Shown one piece after another: positions 1-8,229 of a stretch of DNA of 33,563 nucleotides; position 1 is the stretch's first letter, and each line of letters begins with the position of its first letter. The stretch is taken from positions 1 to 33,563 of the forward strand of contig JADFOM010000001.1 in assembly GCA_022562835.1 (NCBI GenBank). Direction: 5' to 3'. Position numbers and translations under genes: made by a program. The notes under the pieces are model-generated. The model saw only the letters and a list, made by a program, of their open reading frames with translations. It was not told the DNA's origin and searched no databases. The stretch comes from Acidobacteriota bacterium. GTDB lineage: Bacteria; Actinomycetota; Acidimicrobiia; Acidimicrobiales; SHLQ01.

Positions 1-49
1 CCTAGCGGGCGGAGCGCAACCCGTGGACTCATTCGCACCTCAACCATCC

Positions 50-314
50 CGCCCCGGAGGGGCGGAGGGAGCTTCATGGCGCAGACAAATTGCCAAGGAG
101 CATCTTCACAACGTGCTCCGCGTACCTGTCTGCGTGCGTACGCGCACAGGCAGATGGCGCACTTGTCAACGCAACGCGCAAGTCCTTCGCCCCGCCGGGG
201 CGAAAAGGGGATGATGAACCGGTTTTCCACGGGTTCCGTCCGCCGCCGGCGGACTCCACCCGTGGCTACAACCCGTCGCCCCTCTGGGGCGAAAGCTCGC
301 CCCGTTGGGGCGAG
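50..314. repeat. Cluster of four short GC-rich hairpins with 3-nt loops (CGCCCC-NNN-GGGGCG core), function unknown
   Basis: Read directly: 50-64 CGCCCC-gga-GGGGCG; 186-204 TTCGCCCC-gcc-GGGGCGAA; 276-292 TCGCCCC-tct-GGGGCGA; 296-314 CTCGCCCC-gtt-GGGGCGAG. They lie in a ~1.08 kb stretch with no convincing CDS. Confidence 0.6.
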
Positions 315-423
315 AGCGAGTAGCGGGCAGGGCAAGTCGTTGACCTGCCCCACCCGGCTCCCAGCGTCAGGAACTCCCGCCGATACTGTCACCGACCCGC
401 ATGCGGCTCGGCCAGATCGCCCG

Positions 424-467
424 CGCAAAAACGAAGCACCGGTGAAGCATCCGTGCTTCACCGATGC
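424..467 (-). terminator. Candidate intrinsic terminator for a minus-strand transcript
   Basis: Perfect 9-bp stem GGTGAAGCA-tccg-TGCTTCACC (441-462), extendable to 436-467 with one mismatch. On the minus strand it is followed directly by TTCGTTTTTGCG (U-rich tail). Confidence 0.35.
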
Positions 468-1086
468 CGCTCGTTCTTGGGCGGGTAGTGCCTGAACTAC
501 CTCTGTCCCGCCGTCTGGTACGAGCCAAAGCGCGGTTGTGAAAGGAGGGAAATGATGCTGCCGACCTCCGTGTCAACAGGTTTGGAGCCTCGTTCCCGGA
601 CCGCCACGCAGCGCCCCGGGTGGCAATCTGTCGGTTCGATCATGGACATTGACCGCGACGCTTCCATCAGCCTTCTGCGGGGGCTTACTTGTTTCTGGGG
701 GGGCTTACTCGCCCCCTCATGGCCCAAGTTTTCGACGCGGATCACCGGCCCGACGACAGGCGGCTGTTTCCCTTCACCGGTCAGCCGCTGTGGTGTCCGA
801 TAGAAACATACCTCACGAATGATCAGCGGCAATCGGGCTTATTCCCCAGCTTAACATCTTGCTGTGAATGGTAGCCCAACTCGACTCTAAGGCATCAATC
901 CGTGGTGGGTGCGCTGGCGACAAGGGCTGCATCTTGGTTAAGAGGGTAAATACCCGAAATGGACCTACCGCGCAGGAATCCTTCGATTGTGCCACATTAT
1001 CGATCATCTGCTTCGATTTAGAGACATCGCCGACCGGAGGAGGCCTCCGATTTGGCGCGACGGAACTGGTGGGTATAATCCGTGCG

Positions 1087-1773
1087 ATGGTCATCACCAT
1101 CGATGGACCCGCCGGCTCCGGCAAGTCGACGGCGGCGCGCAAAGTCGCTGCCCGGCTTGAGGTTCCGTATCTCGATACCGGGGCGATGTATCGAGCCATC
1201 ACCCATGTGGCCCTGCTTCGGGGTATCCCTCTGGAGGACGAGCAAGCGGTCGTGGAGTTGGCCCGGCAAACGCGTCTGGAGGTCGATTGCGGGCCCACGC
1301 ACGCCAGAGTCAGAGCGGATGGGCATGACATTAGTGAGGCCGTCCGCAGCCTGAAAGTTACGCAAGCCACCGGCGCTGTAGCCCGAATCCAGCCGGTGCG
1401 CGACCTCATGGTGGCTGAGCAGCGGCGGTTGGGGCGCCGGCTCGGATCGTTCGTGACCGAAGGTCGCGACCAGGGCAGCATCGTCTTCCCGGATGCCGAC
1501 ATGAAATTCGTGCTCGAGGCCGAGCTGGAACAGCGGGCCTTGCGACGACTGCGAGACTTGCAGGTTGACGGCGAAGAGGTCGAGTTCAGGGAGGTGATCT
1601 ACGACCTGAAGACCCGTGATGCCAACGACTCGGTTCAGTGGTCCTCCCTCCTCCGGCCAGACGCCGCCATCGTCATCGATACGACCGACCTTTCGATCGC
1701 CCAAGTGGTGGACTGCCTTTTGGGTCACATCCGGGCCGTCATCCCCTGGCCGAACGCCTCGGCCCAAAGCTAA
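1087..1773 (+). CDS. cmk: Cytidylate kinase
   Basis: N-terminal P-loop MVITIDGPAGSGKSTAARKVA, followed by LDTGAMYRA. The 228-aa length is typical. ATG 1087 is chosen; an in-frame GTG at 1069 is the alternative. The 868 start in the ORF track adds a non-homologous extension. Confidence 0.85.
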   Translation: MVITIDGPAGSGKSTAARKVAARLEVPYLDTGAMYRAITHVALLRGIPLEDEQAVVELARQTRLEVDCGPTHARVRADGHDISEAVRSLKVTQATGAVARIQPVRDLMVAEQRRLGRRLGSFVTEGRDQGSIVFPDADMKFVLEAELEQRALRRLRDLQVDGEEVEFREVIYDLKTRDANDSVQWSSLLRPDAAIVIDTTDLSIAQVVDCLLGHIRAVIPWPNASAQS

Positions 1774-1940
1774 CTCGTCACAGCCGTCATAGCCCCCTCT
1801 CGACGCTACCTAGCGTGGCGTTCGGCTAGCGGGAGGCTCTTCGGATCGGCCTTTCCTGGGGCTTTCCCGCCGATCTGGAATCGCAACTCCTGATACCACA
1901 ATAGGTTGGGTGCAAACCAAATATTTTCGTGTGAAATCAT

Positions 1941-1994
1941 TTGACGAGGCCCACATAGTGGGGTAAGTTGAAGGGTGTTCGCAACATATAGTAC
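1941..1994 (+). promoter_or_regulatory. Candidate sigma70-type promoter with two NrdR-box-like sites upstream of the nrdJ remnant
   Basis: TTGACG (1941-1946), a 17-nt spacer, then TAAGTT (1964-1969). Palindrome CCCAC-ata-GTGGG (1950-1962) sits in the spacer. A second site, CAACATATAG (1982-1991), matches 9/10 of the NrdR core CwAtATaTwG. The two centres are about 31 bp apart, as expected for tandem NrdR boxes. Confidence 0.3.
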
Positions 1995-2247
1995 CCGTTG
2001 CCGAGTTGCGGCTGTTGGGTGGGGGGCGTAGGGGCGACGTCGATTCCGGGCGGGCGGAGTCGGGTGGTTGGATCGATTGGCGCAGATTGCCCTGTCCAGC
2101 CTTGGCTGGCGGGTTAGAACCTTGCTGGCGGTTGACACGGATCAGCCGTTGGATTTCGAGCCAGGCGCGGCTCGGCGTGTTGCCGGTGAGGGCGTAGGGG
2201 TCGGCATGCAGACGTGTCAGATCGACGATACTGGTGGCTGCGCGGAC

Positions 2248-2680
2248 GTGGGCGACGACGAGATCAAGCTCGGGGACAACGCCCAGCGGGTGTTGAGGGC
2301 CCGGTATCTCAAGAAGGACGAATCCGGCCAGTGCGTCGAGACGCCGGCCGAGTTGTTCCGCAGGGTGGCCAAGTGCGTAGCCAAGGCGGAACGGCAGTAC
2401 AGCGGTAGCGAGGCGGCCCGCAGCGAGTGGGAGGATCGCTTCTATCGGCTGATGACCAGTCGTCGTTTCATGCCCAACAGTCCGACGTTGATGAACGCCG
2501 GTCGAGAGATGGGCATGCTCAGTGCATGTTTTGTGCTCCCCGTTGGAGACAGCATCGGGGAGATTTTCGATTCGATCAAACACACGGCCCTGATCCAGAA
2601 GGCGGGCGGTGGAACCGGATTCGCCTTCGACGAGCTACGCCCCACCGGCGACTATATCAGCAGCTCGGGCGGCACGACAT
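2248..2680 (+). pseudogene. nrdJ: Class II (adenosylcobalamin-dependent) ribonucleotide reductase NrdJ, 5' fragment only
   Basis: Translation LGDNAQRVLRARYLKKDESGQCVETPAELFRRVA...RFMPNSPTLMNAG...SACFVLPV.DSI..IF...ALIQKAGGGTGFAFDELRP.GDYISSSGGTT matches the NrdJ N-terminal region. Similarity stops after GGTT, where SGPVSF normally follows, and the frame runs into unrelated sequence until the stop at 2757. About 145 of the several hundred expected residues remain. Confidence 0.7.
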
Positions 2681-3074
2681 GGGGTGGACGCGGGGCAACC
2701 GCCAGGGTGGGGAGCCGAGCGAGCGCTGCATCGCGTTCGGCGTCGTCATCGCCGTAGAAGGCGGGGTCGTGAATCTGATGCCACTTGTCGGCGCCTAGTA
2801 CAAGTACCTCGAAGCCATCCGCGATGTCGACAAGCAACCGCGCCTCGGTCACCTGAACCTCGAGCCATGAACGATGCGACGCCTCCAGTTCGAGGACCGC
2901 GACCCGATCGTCGAGTGGCGACTGACAGTCGCCACTCTTGCCGAGGGGATCTGTCGAAAGGCTGAACACGACGACCCCGAGATCGTGAGAGCGCAGAGCG
3001 GCCTCACCGATCGCGAGGTGCGCGATGGTGGGCGGATCGAACGAGCCAGGAAAGACGCCACGACGTTGAGCCAC
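2652..3074 (-). CDS. Cytidylyltransferase-fold nucleotidyltransferase (NadD-like), probably 3'-truncated
   Basis: N-terminal GVFPGSFDPPTIAHL matches the (H/T)xGH nucleotidyltransferase motif. At 140 aa it is short for the family. Its last ~9 codons (VVPPELLI-stop) are the antisense of the nrdJ fragment, so the native C-terminus appears lost. Confidence 0.5.
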   Translation of the reverse strand: MAQRRGVFPGSFDPPTIAHLAIGEAALRSHDLGVVVFSLSTDPLGKSGDCQSPLDDRVAVLELEASHRSWLEVQVTEARLLVDIADGFEVLVLGADKWHQIHDPAFYGDDDAERDAALARLPTLAVAPRPPHVVPPELLI

Positions 3075-3141
3075 CTGTCGACTTTACTAGCGGCATGCTC
3101 AGCCGAACGCCACCGAAACCTGGTTGTAGTCGCGATGGCGG

Positions 3142-3263
3142 TTGGGCATACTTACCGCTGTGGAGAACTATTCGCTCGAACCAGCCGAAGTAGTAGTACT
3201 CCAGTAGCGCGCGGGTTCTTCCCGTGCGCTTGACCTCCCAGCCGGGGGGTCGTTCTCATTTTT
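3142..3263 (+). promoter_or_regulatory. Candidate ilvB leader peptide plus transcription attenuator
   Basis: Small ORF from GTG 3160 (or TTG 3142) to TAG 3205-3207 ends in E-V-V-V-L-Q-stop. Hairpin GCGCGCGGG-ttctt-CCCGTGCGC (3207-3229) follows. Then comes hairpin GACCTCCC-agcc-GGGGGGTC (3232-3251) followed by GTTCTCATTTTTG, about 70 nt before the ilvB ATG. Confidence 0.4.
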
Positions 3264-3331
3264 GCCCCGAAGTTTGCAAGATCTACCAACGAAATGCAGC
3301 GTGAAACCATGAATAACTCAGGAGAACGCAG

Positions 3332-5068
3332 ATGAAGATTGACGGTGGCCGCGCCCTCATACGTTCACTCGAGGCCGAGGGCGTAGAGGTAATGTTTGGG
3401 CTTCCCGGCGGAGCGATTCTGCCCGTCTATGACCCGATCATCGACTCGTCTATCCGCCACATCCTCGTTCGCCACGAACAAGGCGCTGGACACATGGCCG
3501 AGGGTTATGCCCATGCAACCGGTCGCCCCGGTGTCGTGATGGTCACCTCAGGTCCGGCTGCGACCAATGTTGTGACACCACTCTGTGACGCCTATCTGGA
3601 TTCGGTCCCGCTCGTTTGCATTACCGGACAGGTTCCCTACGCGGCGATCGGCACCGACGCGTTTCAAGAATGTGACACGACCGGAATAACGATGTCGGTC
3701 ACCAAGCACAACTTTCTAGTTTCGGAGGCGGCCGACATCCCCCAGGTCATCCACGATGCGTTTCACATCGCGACGACCGGCCGACCCGGCCCCGTACTGG
3801 TCGACATCCCAAAGGATATTGTCGATCCGAACAATCCGAACTCGGCACTCGACTGGTACGAACCAACCGGTCACGCTCTGCCCGGGTACCACCCACAGCT
3901 AGACGGTGATCCGGCCGACGTTGCCGCGGCAGTCGATCTGTTGTTGGCGTCTGAGAGACCCGTTATCTACGCCGGGGGCGGCATCCTCAAGGCGCGCGCG
4001 GCGGAGTCGTTGCGTGAGTTTGCCGAGCTCACCAACATCCATGTCGTCACCACCCTGATGGCCCGGGGGGCGTTCCCCGACGACCATGCGTTGGCTCTCG
4101 GCATGCCTGGGATGCACGGCAACTACACAGCGGTTACCGCGATGCAGGAGGCCGACCTGTTGATCGCACTCGGCAGTCGATTCGATGATCGCGTGACCGG
4201 CAAGGTCGACGGGTTCGCGCCGGATGCCAAGATCATCCACGTCGATATCGACCCAGCAGAGCTCGGCAAGGTGCGTCTTGCGCAAGCCGCGATCACCGGC
4301 GATGCGAAACGAGTGATCGACCAGCTCATCGCAGAACTGCGCCGCCGCGGCGAGTCCGGAGCCGACACCAGCGCATGGAAGGCCAAGCTCAGTGGTTGGC
4401 AGGAGCGCTATCCGCTGACCTATGAACAGTCCGAACCCGGCGAGCTCCTCAAGCCGCAGTACGTCGTGGAACAGCTGCGTGACCATTCCCCCGAGGACAC
4501 GATCATGACGTCTGGGGTTGGTCAGCATCAGATGTTTGCGAGCCAGTATTGGACGTTCCGCCATCCCTACACCTGGGTCAATTCGGGTGGGTTGGGCACC
4601 ATGGGGTTCTCGATTCCTGCTGCGATCGGGGCGAAGGTCGGCATGCCGGATCGCACGGTCTGGTCAATCGACGGCGACGGGTGTTTCCAGATGACAGCCC
4701 AGGAGCTGGTGACAGCATCGATGGAGAAGATCCCCATCAAGGTCGCCTTGTTGAACAACGCCTACCTCGGGATGGTTCGTCAATGGCAGGAAATGTTCTA
4801 CGAGGAGCGCTTCAGCGAAGTGCACCTGAGCCACGACCTTCCTGACTATGTCGGTTGGGCGAAGTCGATGGGTTGTGAAGCTCTGCGCGTCGAATCGCCT
4901 GAAGAGGTCGCTCCGGCGATCGAAAAGGCGAACGACATCAACGACCGTCCCGTGGTCCTGGAGTTCCGCACCGACCCCCGCGAAAAAGTGTTCCCGATGG
5001 TTGCGTCGGGCCAAACCAACTCCGAGATCATGGTCCACCCCAGCCAGGACCAGCCGGGAGCATCGTGA
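3332..5068 (+). CDS. ilvB: Acetolactate synthase (acetohydroxyacid synthase) large subunit
   Basis: 578 aa; ThDP-enzyme motifs (HEQGAGHMAEGYA, GGLGTMGFSIPAAIGAK, IDGDGCFQM..QEL, NN..LGMVRQWQ). AGGAG lies upstream of the ATG. ilvN and ilvC follow. Confidence 0.95.
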   Translation: MKIDGGRALIRSLEAEGVEVMFGLPGGAILPVYDPIIDSSIRHILVRHEQGAGHMAEGYAHATGRPGVVMVTSGPAATNVVTPLCDAYLDSVPLVCITGQVPYAAIGTDAFQECDTTGITMSVTKHNFLVSEAADIPQVIHDAFHIATTGRPGPVLVDIPKDIVDPNNPNSALDWYEPTGHALPGYHPQLDGDPADVAAAVDLLLASERPVIYAGGGILKARAAESLREFAELTNIHVVTTLMARGAFPDDHALALGMPGMHGNYTAVTAMQEADLLIALGSRFDDRVTGKVDGFAPDAKIIHVDIDPAELGKVRLAQAAITGDAKRVIDQLIAELRRRGESGADTSAWKAKLSGWQERYPLTYEQSEPGELLKPQYVVEQLRDHSPEDTIMTSGVGQHQMFASQYWTFRHPYTWVNSGGLGTMGFSIPAAIGAKVGMPDRTVWSIDGDGCFQMTAQELVTASMEKIPIKVALLNNAYLGMVRQWQEMFYEERFSEVHLSHDLPDYVGWAKSMGCEALRVESPEEVAPAIEKANDINDRPVVLEFRTDPREKVFPMVASGQTNSEIMVHPSQDQPGAS

Positions 5069-5556
5069 TGACCAAGCACCACACGATCGTTACGACCGTC
5101 GAAAACAAGCCCGGTGTGCTCGCTCGGGTCGCTGGCCTGTTCGCCCGCCGGGGATTCAACATCGAGTCGTTGGCGGTGGCGCCGACCGACGACGAGGCCT
5201 TCAGCCGCATCACTTTTGTGGTCGACGTCGAGTCTGCACCACTCGAACAAGTGGTCAAGCAGCTCGACAAGCTGATCAACGTCGTCGAAATCGTCGAACT
5301 CGATCCGACCGAATCAGTAGCGCTCGAGTTGCTCATGATCAAGATCGAGGCTCAGGACCCGAGCGGGCTCGCAGAGCTCATCGAGTCGTTCGAGGCGACG
5401 ATCTTGGAGGAGCGCGGCAATCACTTCCTAGTAACAATGACCGATGACTCGGTCCGATTGGACGATTTCGAAGAACGGCTGCGACCCTTTGGGATCGCAG
5501 AGGTGCAACGCACCGGAAAAGTTGCGTTGCGATCGCTCGACGCGCCCGAGCGCTGA
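5065..5556 (+). CDS. ilvN: Acetolactate synthase small (regulatory) subunit
   Basis: ACT-domain start HTIVTTVENKPGVLARVAGLFARRGFNIESLAV. The start overlaps the ilvB stop (GTGATG; GTG 5065 or ATG 5068). Confidence 0.9.
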   Translation: MMTKHHTIVTTVENKPGVLARVAGLFARRGFNIESLAVAPTDDEAFSRITFVVDVESAPLEQVVKQLDKLINVVEIVELDPTESVALELLMIKIEAQDPSGLAELIESFEATILEERGNHFLVTMTDDSVRLDDFEERLRPFGIAEVQRTGKVALRSLDAPER

Positions 5557-5622
5557 ACTAACCCACGAGCAAGAATCAACAACGACGCGTCCGCCGGACG
5601 GGTCCAAACCGAAAGGCACACC

Positions 5623-6654
5623 GTGGCGAACATCTACTATGAGGCCGACGCGGACCGATCCCACATCGCGAACCGAAAGGTGGCGATTCTCGGATATGGC
5701 TCGCAGGGCCACGCTCACGCACTCAACCTCAAGGAATCTGGCATCGACGTGCGGGTTGGTTTGCGCGAAGGTTCAGGTTCTGTCGCCAAGGCGTCCGCTG
5801 CCGGCCTAGCGGTGGCTTCGATCGCTGACGCCGTCGCGGAGGCCGACATCATCATGCTGCTTCTGCCCGACACCGAGCAGGCAGACATCTACAGCGAACA
5901 CATCGCCCCGAACCTCGAAGCCGGCAATGCGCTCGCATTCGCTCACGGCTTCAACATTCGGTTTGATCTGATCAATCCGCCCGAGGATGTCGACGTGATC
6001 ATGATCGCGCCTAAGGGCCCCGGTCACCTCGTGCGCCGCACCTACACAGAGGGTGGCGGCGTGCCATGTCTAATCGCGGTGGAAAACGACGCATCGGGCT
6101 CGGCCAAAGAGCTCGCGTTGGCCTATGCCGACGCGATCGGTGGGGCACGAGCCGGTGTCATAGAAACGACTTTCACCGAGGAATGTGAGACCGACTTGTT
6201 CGGCGAGCAGGTCGTGCTCTGTGGCGGGACGACATCGTTGGTTCAGAGTGCCTTCGAAACACTTGTCGCCGCCGGCTACCAGCCAGAGGTCGCTTACTTC
6301 GAGTGTCTCCACGAACTGAAGCTGATCGTCGATCTCATGTACGAACAGGGCATCGCGGGGATGCGTTACTCGATCTCGGACACCGCGGAGTACGGCGATC
6401 TCAGTCGGGGGCCGCGCATCATCGACGACAACGTTCGCGCCACGATGCGCCAGATCCTCACCGAAATTCAGGATGGCACCTTTGCCGAAGAGTGGGTCGC
6501 CGAATCCAAGGGTGGACGCAAGAACTTTCACCGGCTCGAGGAGGAGGGCCAGAAGCAACGCATCGAGGTCGTAGGAGCCGAGCTGCGCCGAATGATGCCG
6601 TGGATTGCGGAAGGCAAGCAGGATGTGCGCGAAGCCTCGGGCGGTCAGGGTTGA
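5623..6654 (+). CDS. ilvC: Ketol-acid reductoisomerase (class I)
   Basis: [21 protein letters not shown] Rossmann motif and the conserved ...FGEQ..LCGG... core. 343 aa, GTG start. Confidence 0.95.
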   Translation: MANIYYEADADRSHIANRKVAILGYGSQGHAHALNLKESGIDVRVGLREGSGSVAKASAAGLAVASIADAVAEADIIMLLLPDTEQADIYSEHIAPNLEAGNALAFAHGFNIRFDLINPPEDVDVIMIAPKGPGHLVRRTYTEGGGVPCLIAVENDASGSAKELALAYADAIGGARAGVIETTFTEECETDLFGEQVVLCGGTTSLVQSAFETLVAAGYQPEVAYFECLHELKLIVDLMYEQGIAGMRYSISDTAEYGDLSRGPRIIDDNVRATMRQILTEIQDGTFAEEWVAESKGGRKNFHRLEEEGQKQRIEVVGAELRRMMPWIAEGKQDVREASGGQG

Positions 6655-6671
6655 TACTTGCTGCTAGTTGA

Positions 6672-6746
6672 GAACCGGTGTCAGACACCCAGCGCAGTGC
6701 CGGTTTGGCGGGTGCGTTCTTTGCGCTGTGTGTCTGACACCGGTTC
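6672..6746 (+). terminator. Long perfect-arm hairpin after ilvC (U-tract-less terminator or REP-like element)
   Basis: GAACCGGTGTCAGACAC (6672-6688) is the exact reverse complement of 6730-6746. The stem extends through CAGCGCA/TGCGCTG (6690-6696 / 6722-6728) with one mismatch, giving about 25 bp. It starts 18 nt after the ilvC stop. Confidence 0.45.
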
Positions 6747-6843
6747 GCGCTGGCCAGCGGTATTGCCCTCGTTCGGCTTGACCACATAGGGTCTGCGAGA
6801 TTCGCGGTGTGTTAGCGCCGCTGCAGCAAACGGGGAGTACAAC

Positions 6844-8154
6844 ATGAGTGCCGACTGGGGATTTGAGACTCAACAGATTCACGCGGGTCAGACACCCGAC
6901 GCGGAGACGGGCGCCCGGGCAGTACCCATCTACCAGACAACGTCGTACGTGTTTCGAGATCACGAGCATGCTGCAAACCTGTTCGCACTCGCCGAGGCCG
7001 GCAATATCTATACGCGGATCATGAACCCGACGCAGATGGTGCTCGAGGGTCGCCTCCAGGCACTCGAGGGTGGCACCGACACAGCTATTGGTATCCCCGG
7101 CGCGCTGGCGGTGGCATCGGGCCAGGCCTCCGAGACCATCGGGCTGCTGAACCTCGCCGAAAACGGTGACCACATCATCGCTTCATCGTCGCTCTACGGC
7201 GGAACCTACAACCTGTTGCACTACACGTTTCCCAAGCTCGGTATCGAGGTCACGTTCGTGGACGACCCCGATGACCTCGACGCCTGGTCAGGTGCAATCC
7301 GTGACAACACCAAGGCCTTGTACGCCGAGACCATTGGAAACCCGAAGAACGACTGCCTCGACATCGAGGGCGTTTCGGCCATCGGCCACGACGCCGGCAT
7401 TCCGCTCATGCTGGACAACACGGTCCCGACGCCATATCTGATCAAGCCACTCGAGTGGGGCGCAGACATTGTGGTGCACTCGATGACCAAGTTCATTGGA
7501 GGCCACGGCAACAGCATCGGCGGGGTGATCGTCGACGGCGGCACCTTCGACTACGAGGCCAGTGGACGGTTTCCGAACTTCACCGAACCAGACCCGAGCT
7601 ACCACGGCCTGGCCTACTTCCCGGCGCTTGGGCATGGCTCTTACATCCTCAAGGCGCGTGTGCAGTTGTTGCGCGACCTCGGATCGGCGATCTCGCCGCA
7701 GAACGCGTTCTACTTCCTCCAAGGCCTCGAAACATTGAGTTTGCGGATGGAACGCCACTTCGAGAACGCCCAGACGGTCGCCGAGTACCTCGACGCCCAC
7801 GATCAGGTCGAACAGGTTCAGTACGCAGGTCTTACGTCAAGTCCATGGCACGAGCGGGTCAAGAAGTACGGCGGCGGTAAGGGGTTCGGTTCTGTGCCTG
7901 CGTTCATCATCAAGGGTGGCGCTGACGCTGGCGTGAAGTTCGTCAACTCCCTCGAGTTGCACAGCCACGTGGCCAACATCGGCGACGTGCGCAGTTTGGT
8001 AATCCATCCCGCCTCGACCACCCACTCCCAGCTCAGCGAGGACGAGCAGCGTGTTGCTGGCGTCGGACCCGGTCTTGTTCGCCTGTCGGTTGGCCTCGAA
8101 TCGATCGAAGACATCATCGCCGACCTCGACGTCGGGTTTGCCGCCGCCAAGTGA
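6844..8154 (+). CDS. metY: O-acetylhomoserine sulfhydrylase (aminocarboxypropyltransferase), PLP-dependent
   Basis: GFETQQIHAGQ..D..TGA.AVPIYQTTSYVF N-terminus and the PLP-lysine motif HSMTKFIGGHG. 436 aa. Confidence 0.88.
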   Translation: MSADWGFETQQIHAGQTPDAETGARAVPIYQTTSYVFRDHEHAANLFALAEAGNIYTRIMNPTQMVLEGRLQALEGGTDTAIGIPGALAVASGQASETIGLLNLAENGDHIIASSSLYGGTYNLLHYTFPKLGIEVTFVDDPDDLDAWSGAIRDNTKALYAETIGNPKNDCLDIEGVSAIGHDAGIPLMLDNTVPTPYLIKPLEWGADIVVHSMTKFIGGHGNSIGGVIVDGGTFDYEASGRFPNFTEPDPSYHGLAYFPALGHGSYILKARVQLLRDLGSAISPQNAFYFLQGLETLSLRMERHFENAQTVAEYLDAHDQVEQVQYAGLTSSPWHERVKKYGGGKGFGSVPAFIIKGGADAGVKFVNSLELHSHVANIGDVRSLVIHPASTTHSQLSEDEQRVAGVGPGLVRLSVGLESIEDIIADLDVGFAAAK

Positions 8155-8184
8155 TCCGGTTGGTGAGTGAGCGTTAGCGGGTAG

Positions 8185-8210
8185 GTCCGATCCGGCTTTG
8201 CCGGTCGGGC
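8185..8210. terminator. Hairpin between convergent metY and the sugar transferase gene
   Basis: GGTCCGA(T)CCGGC-ttt-GCCGGTCGGGC: stem of about 11 bp with one bulge and one G-T pair. It lies between two converging stop codons. Confidence 0.35.
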
Positions 8211-8229
8211 CGAGTTGCGCTTGCGTTCT

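Noticed and set aside
50-314. CRISPR array hypothesis for the repeated CGCCCC...GGGGCG units
   Set aside because: The units are only ~15-19 nt, irregularly spaced (two are adjacent, the others ~70-120 nt apart) and differ in flanks. No cas genes are present. They are simple hairpin repeats.
552-803. 83-codon ORF preceded by an apparently strong Shine-Dalgarno sequence (GAAAGGAGGG)
   Set aside because: The product is Trp/Cys/Arg/Pro-rich, has no recognisable motif and overlaps hairpin repeats. SD-to-ATG spacing is 3 or 6 nt. Third-position GC does not distinguish it from non-coding GC-rich DNA. It is not supportable as a gene.
1-1086. Possible tmRNA, RNase P RNA, SRP RNA or tRNA in the gene-free leader region
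   Set aside because: I searched by eye on both strands for hallmark strings: GAGGAAAGTCCGGGC for RNase P, GGTTCGA(A/T)TCC T-arm plus CCA end for tRNA/tmRNA, and the SRP GGAA/AGCA loop context. None was found.
1810-2583. 257-aa minus-strand ORF across the nrdJ promoter and fragment
   Set aside because: It is antisense to the NrdJ-homologous frame with no recognisable motif. It is a typical GC-rich shadow ORF.
2068-2757. Full 229-aa ORF as an intact protein
   Set aside because: Only residues from about GTG 2248 to ~2680 resemble NrdJ. The N-terminal 60 aa and C-terminal 25 aa are low-complexity read-through. It is treated as a gene fragment.
6655-6843. SAM riboswitch (SAM-IV or SAM-I) upstream of metY
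   Set aside because: This would be expected for actinobacterial O-acetylhomoserine sulfhydrylase genes. I could not find the conserved core strings (GGCAACCC / GAGGGA...GCAACC-type segments). Only a GCCAGCG fragment is present. A cmsearch would be needed to decide.
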